A DNA stretch of 63,483 nt, the filler included, from Hausera hauseri (taxonomy: Eukaryota): assembly GCA_046269625.1 (NCBI GenBank). It is 11 parts of 11 records of this genome, joined end to end, with 100 filler letters (N's around TTAATTAATTAA, not from the genome) between each part and the next. Parts side by side here need not be neighbours in the genome. Positions count along the whole stretch, not along the records: positions 48,442 to 53,535 come from JBJURY010337714.1; positions 53,636 to 58,776 come from JBJURY010323273.1; positions 58,877 to 63,483 come from JBJURY010507574.1; 8 more parts are not named here. The stretch is one strand, 5' to 3'. The translations under genes were made by a program, and so were the position numbers. Shown here piece by piece: positions 49,223-61,716 of this stretch (its first letter is position 1; every line of letters starts with the position of its first letter). The notes beneath the pieces are model-generated. The model was given only the letters and a program-made list of their open reading frames with translations. It searched no databases and was not told where the DNA came from.

Positions 49223-51690
49223 TTAAAGGTAAAAAGCTGCTTTTACGTTGCTAATATGAACCGCGAATTCTTTGCCATCTTTAAGGATTATAGAGTTGTG
49301 AGAATGTACTTGGATTAGTTTATAGGGTCTAAAATACTGTGGTTGAAAACAGCACGGCGCTTGATTTTTCAGCCAAATGAATTTTGTGGAATATATTACA
49401 TCTGGTAAATATGCCTTGTCATTGTGTAACACCTCAAATACCAGTCTTTGCTGACTGTAACGAAGTGGTTTTGTGCTGCTCGTATTGTTTCATCTGTAGG
49501 TTTGTCTTCTAAAATGGCCAGTTTGAACAATTACCGTATAGGAGCACCAAATAGGGCTTCGGTAAATGAGCATCCTGTAGAAGTGGATGAAGTGTTCTGC
49601 CAGCCAAGCAGAATACACGGAAGGAGAGTTGTCCAGTTTACATTGGACTATACTGGAAGTTTAAGCGATATTTTCAGTGTTCGGTGGAACCGCTGAAGAA
49701 GGTCATACGATTGAGGATGGTAAGATGTTGTATGAATATGACTGATTCCCAGTCGGTTAACTAAGGATTCAAACAGATTGGATTCGAATTGAGGACCTTG
49801 GTCCGAGATAATGAAACAAGCAGATCGAAACCTACTAATCCACGTACGAATGAAAGCATCCGCTATTGTGTCAGTACTTTTGCTCCTCAGAGATATGGCT
49901 TTTGGCCATCGCCAAGAACGATCCAGCATGCTCAGAATGAATTGATGACCGTTGTCTAGTGGAAAAGGACCGACGAGATTCAAAACGAATTCAAAACGCG
50001 ATGTGCGGGGACGTAGTGATTTTAAATGCTTTGTGATTTTATTTTTCTGACAAGCCACACACTCCTTAACCCATGATTGCACATCAGAACGCATTGACGG
50101 ACAAAGTACCTGTCGTTGAAGTAAGCGAAAAGTGGCCTTGGCACCATTGTAGTGTAATGAATGTACGCTATCAAATGCTTGTTTTTGCAAAGATGGAGCA
50201 AGAATTATTTTGGATTATCCTGGTTTGGAAGGGTTTAATGCCACGCTGTCAACGATGTTGCAAGACTTGAAAAAATTAAGAATATCTGAAGGTGGCGGGT
50301 TTTCTTGAAGTTTTGCTGAGTAAAAAATTTGATGTAGATAAAAAATGGCAACTAAATTATTAACACTGTTGACATATTTGATATCGAAACTAAATGTTGA
50401 CAAGTATGATACTTGTGGCACTTGACGTCTGGATTTGTATTTCATAGACATAATATTGACTAAAGCCTTGCGATCAGTTGGGATAACAAAACTGCGAGCT
50501 GTGAGTAAGTGGTAGAAGTGTTTTAAGGCCAGACCTATTGCCAATAGTTCTCGATCGAATGTGACATAACTAGTTTCTGGTTTCGCTAGCTTTGTAGAGA
50601 AAAATTCGAGTGGTTGGTTTTCACCTTTGTATAACTGATGTAACACAGCGCCTTGTGAGGTAGTTGAAGCGTCTGTGGTAAGGATAAGTTCAGCGTCAGG
50701 TTTAGTTAATGCCAGAATTTCTATGGTTTTGAGACCTTCGCGCAATTTATCGAACTTACCAACCAATTTAATTGTCCATTAAATTGACTGATGTTTTTTT
50801 CCACTTCTCAAATGTGCGAAAGATGTCATGAGTTTCGAACAGTATGGAACGTATTTGTGGATGAAGTGTAAAGTTCCTAAAAAGCTCCTCATTTCTGTTG
50901 TGCATTTTGGTAGTTGTATGTTTTTGAGAGCTTCCACACAGTCTGGCTGAGGAGAATGTCCATTTGCTCAAATGACGTGTCCGAGAAAGTTAATACGCTT
51001 TTGGATGAAAAGGCATTTTTCAAAATTAATCTGGAGATTATGGTGGTTAATTTGTTGGGAAATAGAACGAAGGTATTTAGCGTGCTGTTTGGTAGAAGAC
51101 GAAAGGTTTAAGATATCTTCAATGTATGGATGCGCGAAAGTGAAATCCGAGGGAACGAAATCAATGTGACGTTGGAAGGTCTGCGCGGAGTTGCATAAAC
51201 GAAAAGGCATATAAATATATTCATGCAGGCCCAAAGGTGTTGTAACAGCAGTTTTCTTGATATCATCTAATGCTACAGTAATTTGATGATATGCCTTGAA
51301 TAAATCTATAGTTGAATATAGTGTAGTCGAGTTGAACCGGTGCAGGATATCCTTAATTTGTGGTAAAGGATATGCATCCATTATAGTTAAAGTGTTGAGC
51401 TGACGGTAATCGCTGCATGGTATAAAAGATTCAACCTTTTGCACAACGTGCAAAGGCGAAGATCACGATGATTCATATCTGCGTACAATGCGGGCACATT
51501 CAATGTCTAGAAATTCAGCTTCAACAGTTTACCTGCGACGAGGTGACATTGGGCGTACCTTTTAACGAGTAATTCTTTGGTGTTGCGTTATGATGTAGTG
51601 AAAAGTACTGTTTACAGGCGTGAAAGTTCGGTCCTTCTGGATTAAGTGAGGACATGGAGTGTTGATGTATTGCCGCAGACATGCAGGCAA
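49223..51690 (-). mobile_element. Degenerate Gypsy pol (RT, RNase H, integrase)
   Basis: DYRQLN...DAYPLP, DLFKAYHQI, MPFRLCNSAQTFQR, LTTDAS, FDRELLAI, H..H...C..C, SDQGPQFES, TTSYHPQ. A PPT-like GGGG run with TGTGG at ~48736-48746 may mark the 3' LTR start. Confidence 0.92.
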
Positions 51691-51921
51691 TTATGAGAAA
51701 TTGNNNNNNNNNNTGAATGGTGCTGTTGACTCAGTATGTGTAGTTGCAAGTGATGTTTGCGAGTTATTTGCTGGTATGAAATCAAATGGAGTTTTGGTGT
51801 AAGATAGTAGTATTAAGGCTTCAATATTTATTAATACTGTCGCCATTATTCATTTATGTACAAAATCATTTTTGTTTATAACACAAAGAAAAAGAACAAC
51901 AAATTATCATTATCATTAAAC

Positions 51922-52375
51922 TTAAGTGGTTTTATTCATATCACCGAAGTCAGATTATTCGCGTTCATTTCGTATTTCACTGACGGAAAATAATCCCAAT
52001 TGTTCCGGCGATATTACACTGAATTCAGCCTCTTTACACGAAAGAAAAATGATTTGTGCCATTTCATTGCCTTTCAAAATATCATACAATAGTCCAGAAT
52101 GATTTTCCAGCAATACTCTAATTTCACTACAGAAGTCTGAATCAATTATTCCGCCAACAACAGTCAGTCCAAGGTTTTCCAATCCGCTTTTCGAAGTGAG
52201 TTGACAGTAGTAACCGTATGGAATCGTTAATCGAATACCAGTCGTTATACATTTGATTGTTCTGTCCACTACTGTCGTATTGATTTTAGAAAACACATCA
52301 CACCCTGCACGTGTTTGCTATAACACGTCTCAGTACAGGGGCACTTTCACCTGTTAAAATAATCTTTACATCATT
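51922..52375 (-). pseudogene. dut: Trimeric dUTPase, intronless, disrupted
   Basis: AGCDV (motif 1), SKSGL (2), GIIDSDF (3), MAQIIF (4). Motif 5 is broken by a stop (RE*SDFG), and there is a frameshift near the N-terminus. Confidence 0.85.
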
Positions 52376-53535
52376 CACTATCACAATTCTTATACTAAAA
52401 ACAAATTACATGTATATTTATATTTGTTAATTGGGTTCATACAGAGGAAAAATAAAACAACAATAACAAAATTTATTAATAATTAAAATATGCTTCAGGT
52501 AAGCGCCAAATTGGGCTTTTGGCACCATCTTTTTCTCTATATTCTTGCAATTCAATGTCGAAACATTAAATCTTCAGGTATATTAGACATTTCTCGACCA
52601 ATAAAATGAAACTGTTTAGTTTTTGTGGCTGGTAAAACGATGGATTGCTGCTGTAAGGATTTTTCATTCAACTTTAAATCGAAGTTTACTTGAGGTAAAG
52701 CATCAGTAAGTTTCTTAATATCTTCACAAAACAGCTTTTTTACATGATAACTGTACTTCGTTGCATTCGAGGACACTGGATAATTCAATGGAACCTGAAC
52801 TGGCGTTTGAAGAAAATACATTTCATACTTTCGAAAAAGTCGTTTCAGGAAAAATTTCGGTGTTTGACGCTATGACTTTAATTTTCGTTTGCGTATTCCA
52901 TGATCAATCATTCCCACTTTCCTTTTTAATAACGGATTTGCTGATTGCTGGACAGGTTCTGCTTTCAGCTATTTGATATTAGAATTGTCTTTTTGTCACC
53001 AAACAACTAATCGGAACTCTCATCATACTTATCACCATTGAGTAGTATCGATTTATCGTCTTCCATAGTAATGTCTGAATGAACATGAGAATGATATTTA
53101 TAGTTTATAGTGCAATATATATTATTTTGATTTACTGAAACATTTATTTTTTTTCTAATTTGATTAATAGTCGTTGATGAATAGTCATATGTACAGATTG
53201 ATTGATGGACAGTGTAAGTGAGTCTACCATTACTGATTGAATTTGGTTGCTGACAATTCCGAATGGCAGTAGTTTACTGTTGTCAGCTGTGATTGGTTTG
53301 TGACAACCCATAATACGACGCTTTCCAGATTGAAATATTAAGCACGTAAAAATATGGATATTTTAGGAAATGCTCCCTCGTCTTCCATTGATTAAAAGGT
53401 AAAATATATTAATACACTCTATAATATGTTCGCGATAGTCAATATTAAGTAACATTATGAAACACTGTTTATACTGCGGCTATTTATGTGTGTGGCATGA
53501 TTATAAACAAAGCATGTGACGAAAGGTTTTATTAT

Positions 53536-53635
53536 NNNNNNNNNNNNNNNNNNNNNNNNNNNNNNNNNNNNNNNNNNNNTTAATTAATTAANNNNNNNNN
53601 NNNNNNNNNNNNNNNNNNNNNNNNNNNNNNNNNNN
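53536..53635. other. Artificial contig linker
   Basis: Same 100-bp spacer. Confidence 0.98.
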
Positions 53636-53805
53636 CTTCTGTTAGATGACATGGCAGCTAGATATAAAGTGGAACAAACATTATCAGAGGCACTAAAAAC
53701 AATAGGGCTTAAAGACTCAATAGGATACCAGTCGTTTTTGTATCCGAAAGTTAAAGACACGACAAAAATTATTTCTTTCTTATTTGAAATGTTACCCAAA
53801 GTTGA
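53636..53805 (+). pseudogene. CCDC22: CCDC22-like N-terminal fragment
   Basis: MAARYKV...LSEALKTIG....IGYQSFLYP...DT..IISFLFEMLPK parallels MSARFR....LAQAC..LG....GYQNFLYP...D...LLLFL.E.LP. Confidence 0.65.
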
Positions 53806-54129
53806 TCAATATACTTTAGCAGCTGTACTTGGCGCTTGTTTGCATGGTCGTAAAAGCGGTTTTGGACTTGCTCTCAGTTCGTATAATCACCTAATTTATA
53901 AGTATCGTTGTGAAATATCCAATTACATGTTCACAATTCTTCTTAAAGTCGCTGTTCAATGTCAGTTTGGAAATTCCACAGTAATAGAAACTGTATTTGG
54001 TCTGTAAACAGCAGCATATCAACCATGTACTTCTCTTTATATAAATTCTCAAGAAACATGTCTTACTCCACCATAGGGTCCACCTTCATCGCCATCTGCA
54101 ACTGCGGTTTCTCTTTTGGAAAAAGAATA

Positions 54130-54250
54130 TGTTGATATTATAGACTCAACAGCTCGAAAAGTCGGGATTACTGTTACCAATTCCCTCAGTAAGTCCTTTG
54201 ACATTTTGTTTTCTAAAACAAGTTTTGTGCACTGGCACGTTGGAGAAGGA
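54130..54250 (+). pseudogene. Divergent alpha-tubulin C-terminal fragment
   Basis: KSFDILFSKTSFVHWHVGEG versus [20 protein letters not shown]. Confidence 0.65.
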
Positions 54251-54605
54251 CCTTTGAAGAGGAACCCGATTACCCCGAAATTTGGGACCTGCCGTTGCAA
54301 GGCTGAGGTCCCGGCCGCCAACTCTGCTCCATTGGGTAGGACGGTGCCTTTTACGGCCGCGCCACACCACGCCCCCGGGTATATCACCTCTCCCCAGTCC
54401 ACCTTACTTTTTTAAATAACAAATATATACACACATACACAGCATTACACTTAAATACTGCAGCCATTCATAACTTCATCTCTACCTTACTCCACTCCTC
54501 TGATTTCTACCTTAACACAATGGATGTTTAGTACCCCTCGCTGGAACTCTACAATTTTCCTCAACCCACATCTGTTTTTATATTCTCTTCCGTATCCATG
54601 GTGGC

Positions 54606-55620
54606 GTGAATTCATCACCCACGATTGATACCACGGACAAACTCACCAAACCACAGATCCCCATCATTTACTTACCCAAACAAAGTGCTTCAAACACCCC
54701 TACACAACACACCCTCCTCACTCATTCACCCTGCACCGAATACTTCCTCGACAGCCAAAACTCTACCCAAACTTGGTCAAAATTGCACCAATTTTGGCTC
54801 CAATTACAAAAAGTCGTCGACTCTTTATCCAAAGCCAACAGCCTTTTTTTCCACTTACCAGCTTCCATAAAAACTAAAATTACCAATATCAGCGATATCC
54901 TTCATTACACCAACCCATATACTCAACTTTACAATGCCGTTCTCAAGCTTACTGAGCCTTCAATCGATTCAATCATTCAAAGATTCTTTAACGATAACGC
55001 CATGGGCCTTGAGAAGCCTTCTGAATTCTTACGCACATCCTTGTCTCACCTCAACACCCTTGGCGTAACATCTGAGCATTGTCCAGAACTTATTCACCGC
55101 TACTTTTTAAATGCATTGCCCCTTCAAATAAGAGCTTTGCTAACTGTGGTCGAAGACTCCAGGGCTCTGGAAAAGCTAGCCGAACTGGCAGACAAAGCCT
55201 ATGGAGTGCTGCACTCTCACACAGCATCAACTATCTCTGCGGCATTAACAACAGACCAACAACAACAACAAAATTCAATACTGCAGCAACAAATTGCGCA
55301 ATTACGCACGGAAAATGAAAAGTTACAGAAGACAATCAACAACATAAACGAAAAATTAAACTAATTAACGCTGCCTCGACGGGGTTTTTTTAGGCCTGCT
55401 TCCCCTAATGTATTGAATCAACGTCAAAGTTGGTCGCCTTCGCCCGTGAGGTCATCTATTTGCTATTATCATAGTAAATTTGGTAACAATGCTTAAAAAT
55501 GCTGCATCGGTTGTAAATTTCATTCCCCTGACTTTAATACAAGCAACATCGTTTGCATCTACCACTCAAAATTTGGCACAAAAGCACAAAAACGCCTATC
55601 TGGCTGTAACTACGACTCAC
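54606..55620 (+). mobile_element. Gypsy gag with two tandem CxYHxxFG zinc knuckles
   Basis: NPYTQL...L, MGLEKPSEFLR, FLNALPLQIRALL, LAELADK. After a stop: ICYYHSKFGNNA*KCCIGC and VCIYHSKFGTKAQKR...C. Confidence 0.85.
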
Positions 55621-55732
55621 ACAATAAGACCAACACTAATAAGTTCACACAAAACAGTAGGTCAAACTCACCAACTACAAAAATCTGATTTCGCCGCTAG
55701 GACACACGGCAAGTCCTAGCAAAGGCAACAAC

Positions 55733-58700
55733 TTGCAAAAACATAGCCGACACATTTCCTTTGCTGTATTCACGTTGGAAGCAGCACTCGTCACTCCAAC
55801 AAAACAAAACATTAAATTTCTCATAAACACCGGGGCAGCAATCTCTCTACTGCCACCAACACAACACGTCCAAAACAATTACACTTCACAAAAGCAACTG
55901 TTCATGGCGTCCGGTGAACCTTTACAAATTTTTGGTGTTTCCAAATTAACGTTTACTCTTCCACACTTCTCAAACACATTCACATGGAAATTTACAATAG
56001 CCAACGTACGCACACCTATATCGGGTTCAGACTTTCTGTCCCACTACAATTCACTTGTACATTGCAAACGATGTTTCTTAAAATGCGGAAATTATCTGAA
56101 TCAAATTAGCAGCATTTCGGTGACCACCCCGGCAATCGCTTCCAGCAACTCAATACTGAAAAACACGACTTCCGATTTAAATTATTTTTATAATCACTCA
56201 CTATACAGAAATTTTTATTATGGTAACAAATAAGGTATTGCCAACTGCGTGGCACCTATTACTGACAGTACCGCTGCCAACACCATCTTCAACACGAACA
56301 TCCTGCACCAAATACCACCCAGTCACAATACTTCGTCTACAACTCATACCTCAACTTCATCCAGTTACGATGCATCGACACCATCGGATAACCTTTCATC
56401 GTTGCCTTCTGATCTACAGCAAAATATTTTGTCTTCCTGCACGCGTCTGTTGCAGAAGGACAAATCATTCATACCACCTCAATCCACCTTCCATCACATA
56501 GTAACAGCACATCAAAGACCAATATGTCAAAAGGTTCGTCCGCTATCGCCTCGTCGCAGTGAAGGCTGAGTTGCTGGAACTGGAAAAATCAGGCATAATC
56601 AGAAGATCCAAATCCCCCTGGTCTTCACCAGTACATGTGGTTCCAAAAAAAGATGGCACCTTTCGCCCATGCGGTGATTACCGCTAACTCAACATCATAA
56701 CAACAATGGATGCCTACTCTCTACCATTAATCAACGATATCCTTCACAGGCTCCATGGTTCGACCATTTTTTCCTGCGCTGATTTACACAAAGCATACCA
56801 CCAAATTCCGGCGGCCCCAGCAGACTTTCCGAAAACGGCTATCATTACACCTTCCGGCCTTTTCGAATACATCTTTATGCCTTTTGGACTCCGTAGCGTT
56901 TTCCAGACCTTCCAAAGGCCAATATGCCTTTAAGTTTAGACTTTGCTTACCCCTATATCGATGATATCCTAATTGCACCATCTTCCTCGAAACAACACTC
57001 CGAACACTTACGTCTAATCTTCCAACGCTTGCACCAAAACAACTTGCAAATTAATTTCTCCAAATGATCTTTTTTCAACATAAGGTCAACTTCCTAGGAC
57101 ATGTTATTAGCTCCTCCGGACATTCACCTCAGCCATAGCGCATCACACAGCTCAAAAACATACAACTACCACGTACATCCACAGAGATGCGTTCTTTTCT
57201 CGGAATCTTAAATTTTATTAATAAGTATGTTCCACACTGTTCCACTCTAACTGCTCCATTTGGCTCACTAAGCTCTGGCAAGAAAAAACGTCCTGTTCAA
57301 TGGACTGCCAAACTAGTCAACGCTTTTGATCACCTCAAAGGCAATTTAAAAACCGTAGAAATCCTGGCCTATCCAGACTCCCGTGCAGAACTCTTCTTAA
57401 CCACAGACGCATCCGCAACAGCTGCAGGTGCTGTCCTCCGTAAAGTCAAAAGTGGATCCCATAAGCCATTAAAATTCTTCTCTCGAAAATGCACAGCACA
57501 ACAGCAAAGATATTCCACCTTTCATCGAAAGTTGCTTGCAATGGTCCTTGCCGCAAAACACTTTAAACATCTACTAACTGCACGAGTTTTTACAATACAA
57601 ACGGACCACAAGCCCTTGCTTCAAATTCTCACCACCAAATCGCCTTCTTCACGTCAGGAGAGGCAAATGTTGTGTTTGTCTACATTTAATTTTGAAATTA
57701 AGCACCTAAACGGAGTCGACAATTTAGTAGATGACTTTTTGCCCCGATGGGTCAGCTCGATTGATTTCACATAAATTTTTCCTCAATCCAAACTTCAACA
57801 AAATCAGCCACCTCTTGACATCCTTAAATCTTTTAAATCGTGCAAAACCATCGACTGTGTGGCCTTTGACACTTCCGAACCTAATAATCCTAAGGTCATC
57901 CTTTCTGAATCGCTTCAAAAAGAAGCATTCAACAACATTCATTCGTTGCATCATCCCGGTACCAAGGCCACTTTTCTACTTTTACAACGCCAAGTAGTAT
58001 GGCCGTCGATGTGCTCTGATGTGCAGGCATTGGTTAGACAGTGTGTGACATGCCAAAAATACAAAGTTACTAAGCACTTAAAGCCACCACTATATCATTT
58101 TCCCTGCACGTCTCGTTTTAAATCTGTTCACATTGATCTTGTAGACCCACTACCCTTAGACAACGGCCATTAGTTCATCCTCACAAAGATGGACCGTTCC
58201 TCGCGATGGCCAGAGGCTGTCCCGCTTTAGAGAACTAACACAGAAACAATCGCAGACGTTTTCATCCGCACTTGTATCAGCAGGTTTGGATCACCTCGCC
58301 ACATCATTTCGGACCAAGGTCCACAGTTTGAATCCAACCTGTTTAAAGCTCTTATCAATCGATTGGGAATTAACCACATTCACACGTCACCATGTGAAGA
58401 TAAATTTAAAAAGGATATTAATGTTTAAATTCAATTTAAGGTTAATTCAATAAATAGCCAATAGAAAGTCAGGAAATTTAGAAAAGGATGAAAATAAGAC
58501 TCATTTAATGAGTGGAGGCGATAATTGTTATACAAACTTTTATAATGAATCTCTTATGAATAATTCTATTTTACAATCATGAAGTCAGGTTGAGGTTGGG
58601 ATGGTAGAGACTCAATCTACTAACAATCATATCATTATCAATTGAATGGCCTTCTCGAACGCTTTCACCGAACGATGAAAACGTCTCTCAAAATTCTTGC

Positions 58701-58776
58701 TGAGTCCAATCGCAGTTGGACCACACTCCTTCCGTACGTTCTGCTTGGCTGGCGGAACACACCATCTACTTCTACA
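55733..58776 (+). mobile_element. Degenerate Gypsy pol (PR, RT, RNase H, integrase), same family as 49223-51690 and 60130-60545
   Basis: [53 protein letters not shown]...CVTC, VHIDLV, SDQGPQFES, NGLLERFHR. Many stops and frameshifts. Confidence 0.93.
58393..58625. mobile_element. Probable solo LTR (233 bp) inserted in the integrase
   Basis: TG...CA termini with an imperfect inverted repeat, flanked by ACCA/ATCA. Removing it restores HTSP-YH.Q.NG. Confidence 0.7.
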
Positions 58777-58876
58777 NNNNNNNNNNNNNNNNNNNNNNNN
58801 NNNNNNNNNNNNNNNNNNNNTTAATTAATTAANNNNNNNNNNNNNNNNNNNNNNNNNNNNNNNNNNNNNNNNNNNN
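58777..58876. other. Artificial contig linker
   Basis: Same 100-bp spacer. Confidence 0.98.
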
Positions 58877-59776
58877 GCTGGACCTACTACTTCAAAAACA
58901 AATATAGACGTTCCGAAAAAAGATGGGCAGAGTAAAGTAGACTTAATGGATGATTTATTAGGGCGGACATCAAGATTTAGGAAAAGTTTAGTCAATCAGT
59001 ATGCAGAATATAATGCAGTTTCTGAAGCTTCATCAGTCATCTCTCCTTCATCACCTTTACCTTGCCAGCGGCCAGTGCGACACAGCATTTGTCTTGGATC
59101 TACTATGTCAAATATAAACAGAGACATTCTTAAAAAAGGTAAACAGAGTAAAGGAAACTTGATGGATGACTTGCTAAGGCGAACCTCAAAATTTAAGAAC
59201 CGCTTGGATAATCCATATACAACAGAATGCAGTACAGTTCCTGAAACATCTTACGTCATCCCTCCACCTCCTTCATCACCTCCACCTTACCAGTTACCAG
59301 TAAGTCACAGCTTATGTGCTGGACCTACTTCGTCAAAAATAAATGGCGACATTCATAAAAACGGTATTCAACCATCTTCATCTTGCCAACGGCCTATGGA
59401 AAATAATTTTCCTACTGGAAAAATTAAGTCGAAAATAAATGGCGACGTATGTAAAGACGTTCAGCAGACTACGGAAAATTTAATGTCGGAATTATTAAAA
59501 ATGACTGGAAATATACGGAAACACTTGGATAATGAATATACCACAGAGTGCAGTGAACTTCCTGAAGTATCTTGTATTGTACCACCGCCACCTCCTCCTC
59601 CTACACCAACTCTATCTTGCCTACCGCCAGTTGGAAATAACCTTTCTTCTGGATCAATCAAGTCCAAAATAAATGGAGAAATCGGAGAGATTAAAGGAGA
59701 TTTAATGTCGAATTTATTGGAGCAAACTAAACACTTAAGAAGAGAGTTGGATGCTCGATATACACATCAACAATAA
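58877..59776 (+). CDS. Tandem-repeat protein with polyproline tracts and [DN]LM[DS]xLL helices (5' partial)
   Basis: Open from the contig start. Repeat units begin at 58877, 59093, 59318, 59414 and 59648. Four LM..LL..T...R/K..L helices and two long PPPP tracts. Confidence 0.7.
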   Translation, partial: AGPTTSKTNIDVPKKDGQSKVDLMDDLLGRTSRFRKSLVNQYAEYNAVSEASSVISPSSPLPCQRPVRHSICLGSTMSNINRDILKKGKQSKGNLMDDLLRRTSKFKNRLDNPYTTECSTVPETSYVIPPPPSSPPPYQLPVSHSLCAGPTSSKINGDIHKNGIQPSSSCQRPMENNFPTGKIKSKINGDVCKDVQQTTENLMSELLKMTGNIRKHLDNEYTTECSELPEVSCIVPPPPPPPTPTLSCLPPVGNNLSSGSIKSKINGEIGEIKGDLMSNLLEQTKHLRRELDARYTHQQ

Positions 59777-60129
59777 AGGTTATGATGAAAAAGCGTTTTT
59801 GACTCCATCTAGTATTTATATTGTTTCAGAAAATTTTGAAATTAATATTAATTATGTTCACAGTTCTTTTGTAAATTTTTAAATAAAAATATTGATATTC
59901 AGTCGTGGTTCGATGTCGCCAAGTGTGGTACTGTCAACAACCTTAATTCACTCGACGAAATCACTTCATCGAATACCATTTTCAATTCGACCATTTTACA
60001 CCAAATACCACTTGACTGCACAGCACCAAACAATTCACATATCGCATCCGCTACTACTCAAGCCGCTTCACCATCATCACCGAATCTCTCACAGCTGCCT
60101 ACAACTTTACAGCCATTCGTCAACACATC

Positions 60130-60545
60130 ATGTCAACGAGTACTCAAAAAGACCGTACGTTTACCCCTGCAAACAGCATTGTACATAACATAATTACACA
60201 GCATCAACGACCAATACGCCAAAAGGTACGACCACTGTCATCCCGTCGTAGACAGTCTGTAGAAGCCCAATTTCTTGAATTAAAACGCTTCGGCATAGTA
60301 CGCCGTTCCAAATCTCCTTGGTCATCACCGTTACACGTTGTACAAAAAGGACGGCACTTTTAGACCATGCGTTGACTACCGACAGTTGAACACCCTTACT
60401 ATCATGGATGAGTACCCCTTACCACTTATCAAGGATATCTTGCATTGCCTTAATTCAACTACTATTTATTCGACCATCGATTTGGCCAAAGCATACCACC
60501 AAATACCGGTGGCACACGAAGATATATAAAAAAACTGCCATAATT
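60130..60545 (+). mobile_element. Gypsy RT N-terminal fragment
   Basis: [47 protein letters not shown]. Breaks off after KTAII. Confidence 0.88.
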
Positions 60546-60636
60546 TTAATTTCATTTGAAATTGTACAATGATCGTAAATACGAATATTTGAAGAACACA
60601 ATTTTTCAAAAACAATACTTACATATATAGTTATTT

Positions 60637-61299
60637 TTGGATGGGCCAATGTCGGCACCACACCGCTACCTCTATTGGATACAGATAATACGCCAACCTT
60701 ATGAACCACCTCTTAAACAAGGAACATTAGCCGTGTGTCACATAACTACAATTGAAGAGCGACACAACGTCTTTACCAAACCACAAACAACGACTAGCAA
60801 AAGCAAGATATTAGCAGAAAACAGATTGCCCAACATTACAACAAATCAAGAACGCGAATCGTTATTATTGGTAACCACCATACCCCCTTTTATCATCACA
60901 ATTATCTTAACACCGATACTGATCCCATGTATCAGAAGACGTCTGCAAACGAGAAAGAATACCGCCTCTCGCAAAATACGATTGAGTAATAAATTAATAA
61001 CTAAACCTCTCAATTACATCGTCTCCAGTCCTAACGTAGTAAGAAATGGCCCAAAATATCATCGGGTGATTTTACCCTTGAGTATATTAGTTTGCTGCAT
61101 ACCAAACGCATTAACACAGCTAACTTTAAGTCCTCAGAAAATAACATCAAACTTGTCCAATCAGATATTACCCAGTACATTTTCAGATTTTATGAAATTT
61201 CTAAAAGGAAATCCGAAAACAGAACCATGGGATACCCAGGACATTGCACCAGGAAACCTTTTCATCCAATATAACCATAGAAAAGGTGCATACTTATAA
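60637..61299 (+). CDS. Membrane-protein segment (TM, basic tail, second hydrophobic stretch), env-like polyprotein remnant
   Basis: T-rich stalk, LLLVTTIPPFIITIILTPILIPCI, RRRLQTRK, then VILPLSILVCCIPNALT. Same layout as 13100-13530. Confidence 0.45.
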   Translation: MDGPMSAPHRYLYWIQIIRQPYEPPLKQGTLAVCHITTIEERHNVFTKPQTTTSKSKILAENRLPNITTNQERESLLLVTTIPPFIITIILTPILIPCIRRRLQTRKNTASRKIRLSNKLITKPLNYIVSSPNVVRNGPKYHRVILPLSILVCCIPNALTQLTLSPQKITSNLSNQILPSTFSDFMKFLKGNPKTEPWDTQDIAPGNLFIQYNHRKGAYL

Positions 61300-61716
61300 A
61301 ATTTTTCCCTCAACAGAATAAAAAGTACAATGACGGACCTATAAAAGAAGAATGGGGAACACTAACAGTATAAAAAATCAAAAGCAATGTGCACATCTAC
61401 AACCACCTACAAAGAAAACTGTTGTCAAGTTACCCCTGAATCTATATATTCAGTATAAATACATACATCGAGAAGTAAGGAATTGCCTCTTATCGAAAAT
61501 CGTACAATTGAAATAATCATACCTACAGAAACAAGACAGCTACACTATCCTTAACAGATAATTCACAGGAACAAAAGGAGCAAACCAATATTGATATATT
61601 ATTCCTACAAGAATGAATATTTATAGGCCAACCTAACTATAAGAATCAGTGCCTACTAGTTGAATTGGATAAAAAAATACCAAAGGGTAAGGTAATGCAA
61701 ATAACCACCCGATCCG

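Noticed and set aside
6986-58876. Repeated TTAATTAATTAA palindrome and gene neighbourhoods across it
   Set aside because: Artificial linker; adjacency of contigs carries no biological meaning.
35285-59776. A single large DNA virus genome explaining the RING, ankyrin, dUTPase and WASP-like ORFs
   Set aside because: No capsid, DNA polymerase, packaging ATPase or per os infectivity genes seen. The RING cassette is tied to a PPT/LTR, and the ORFs lie on separate contigs.
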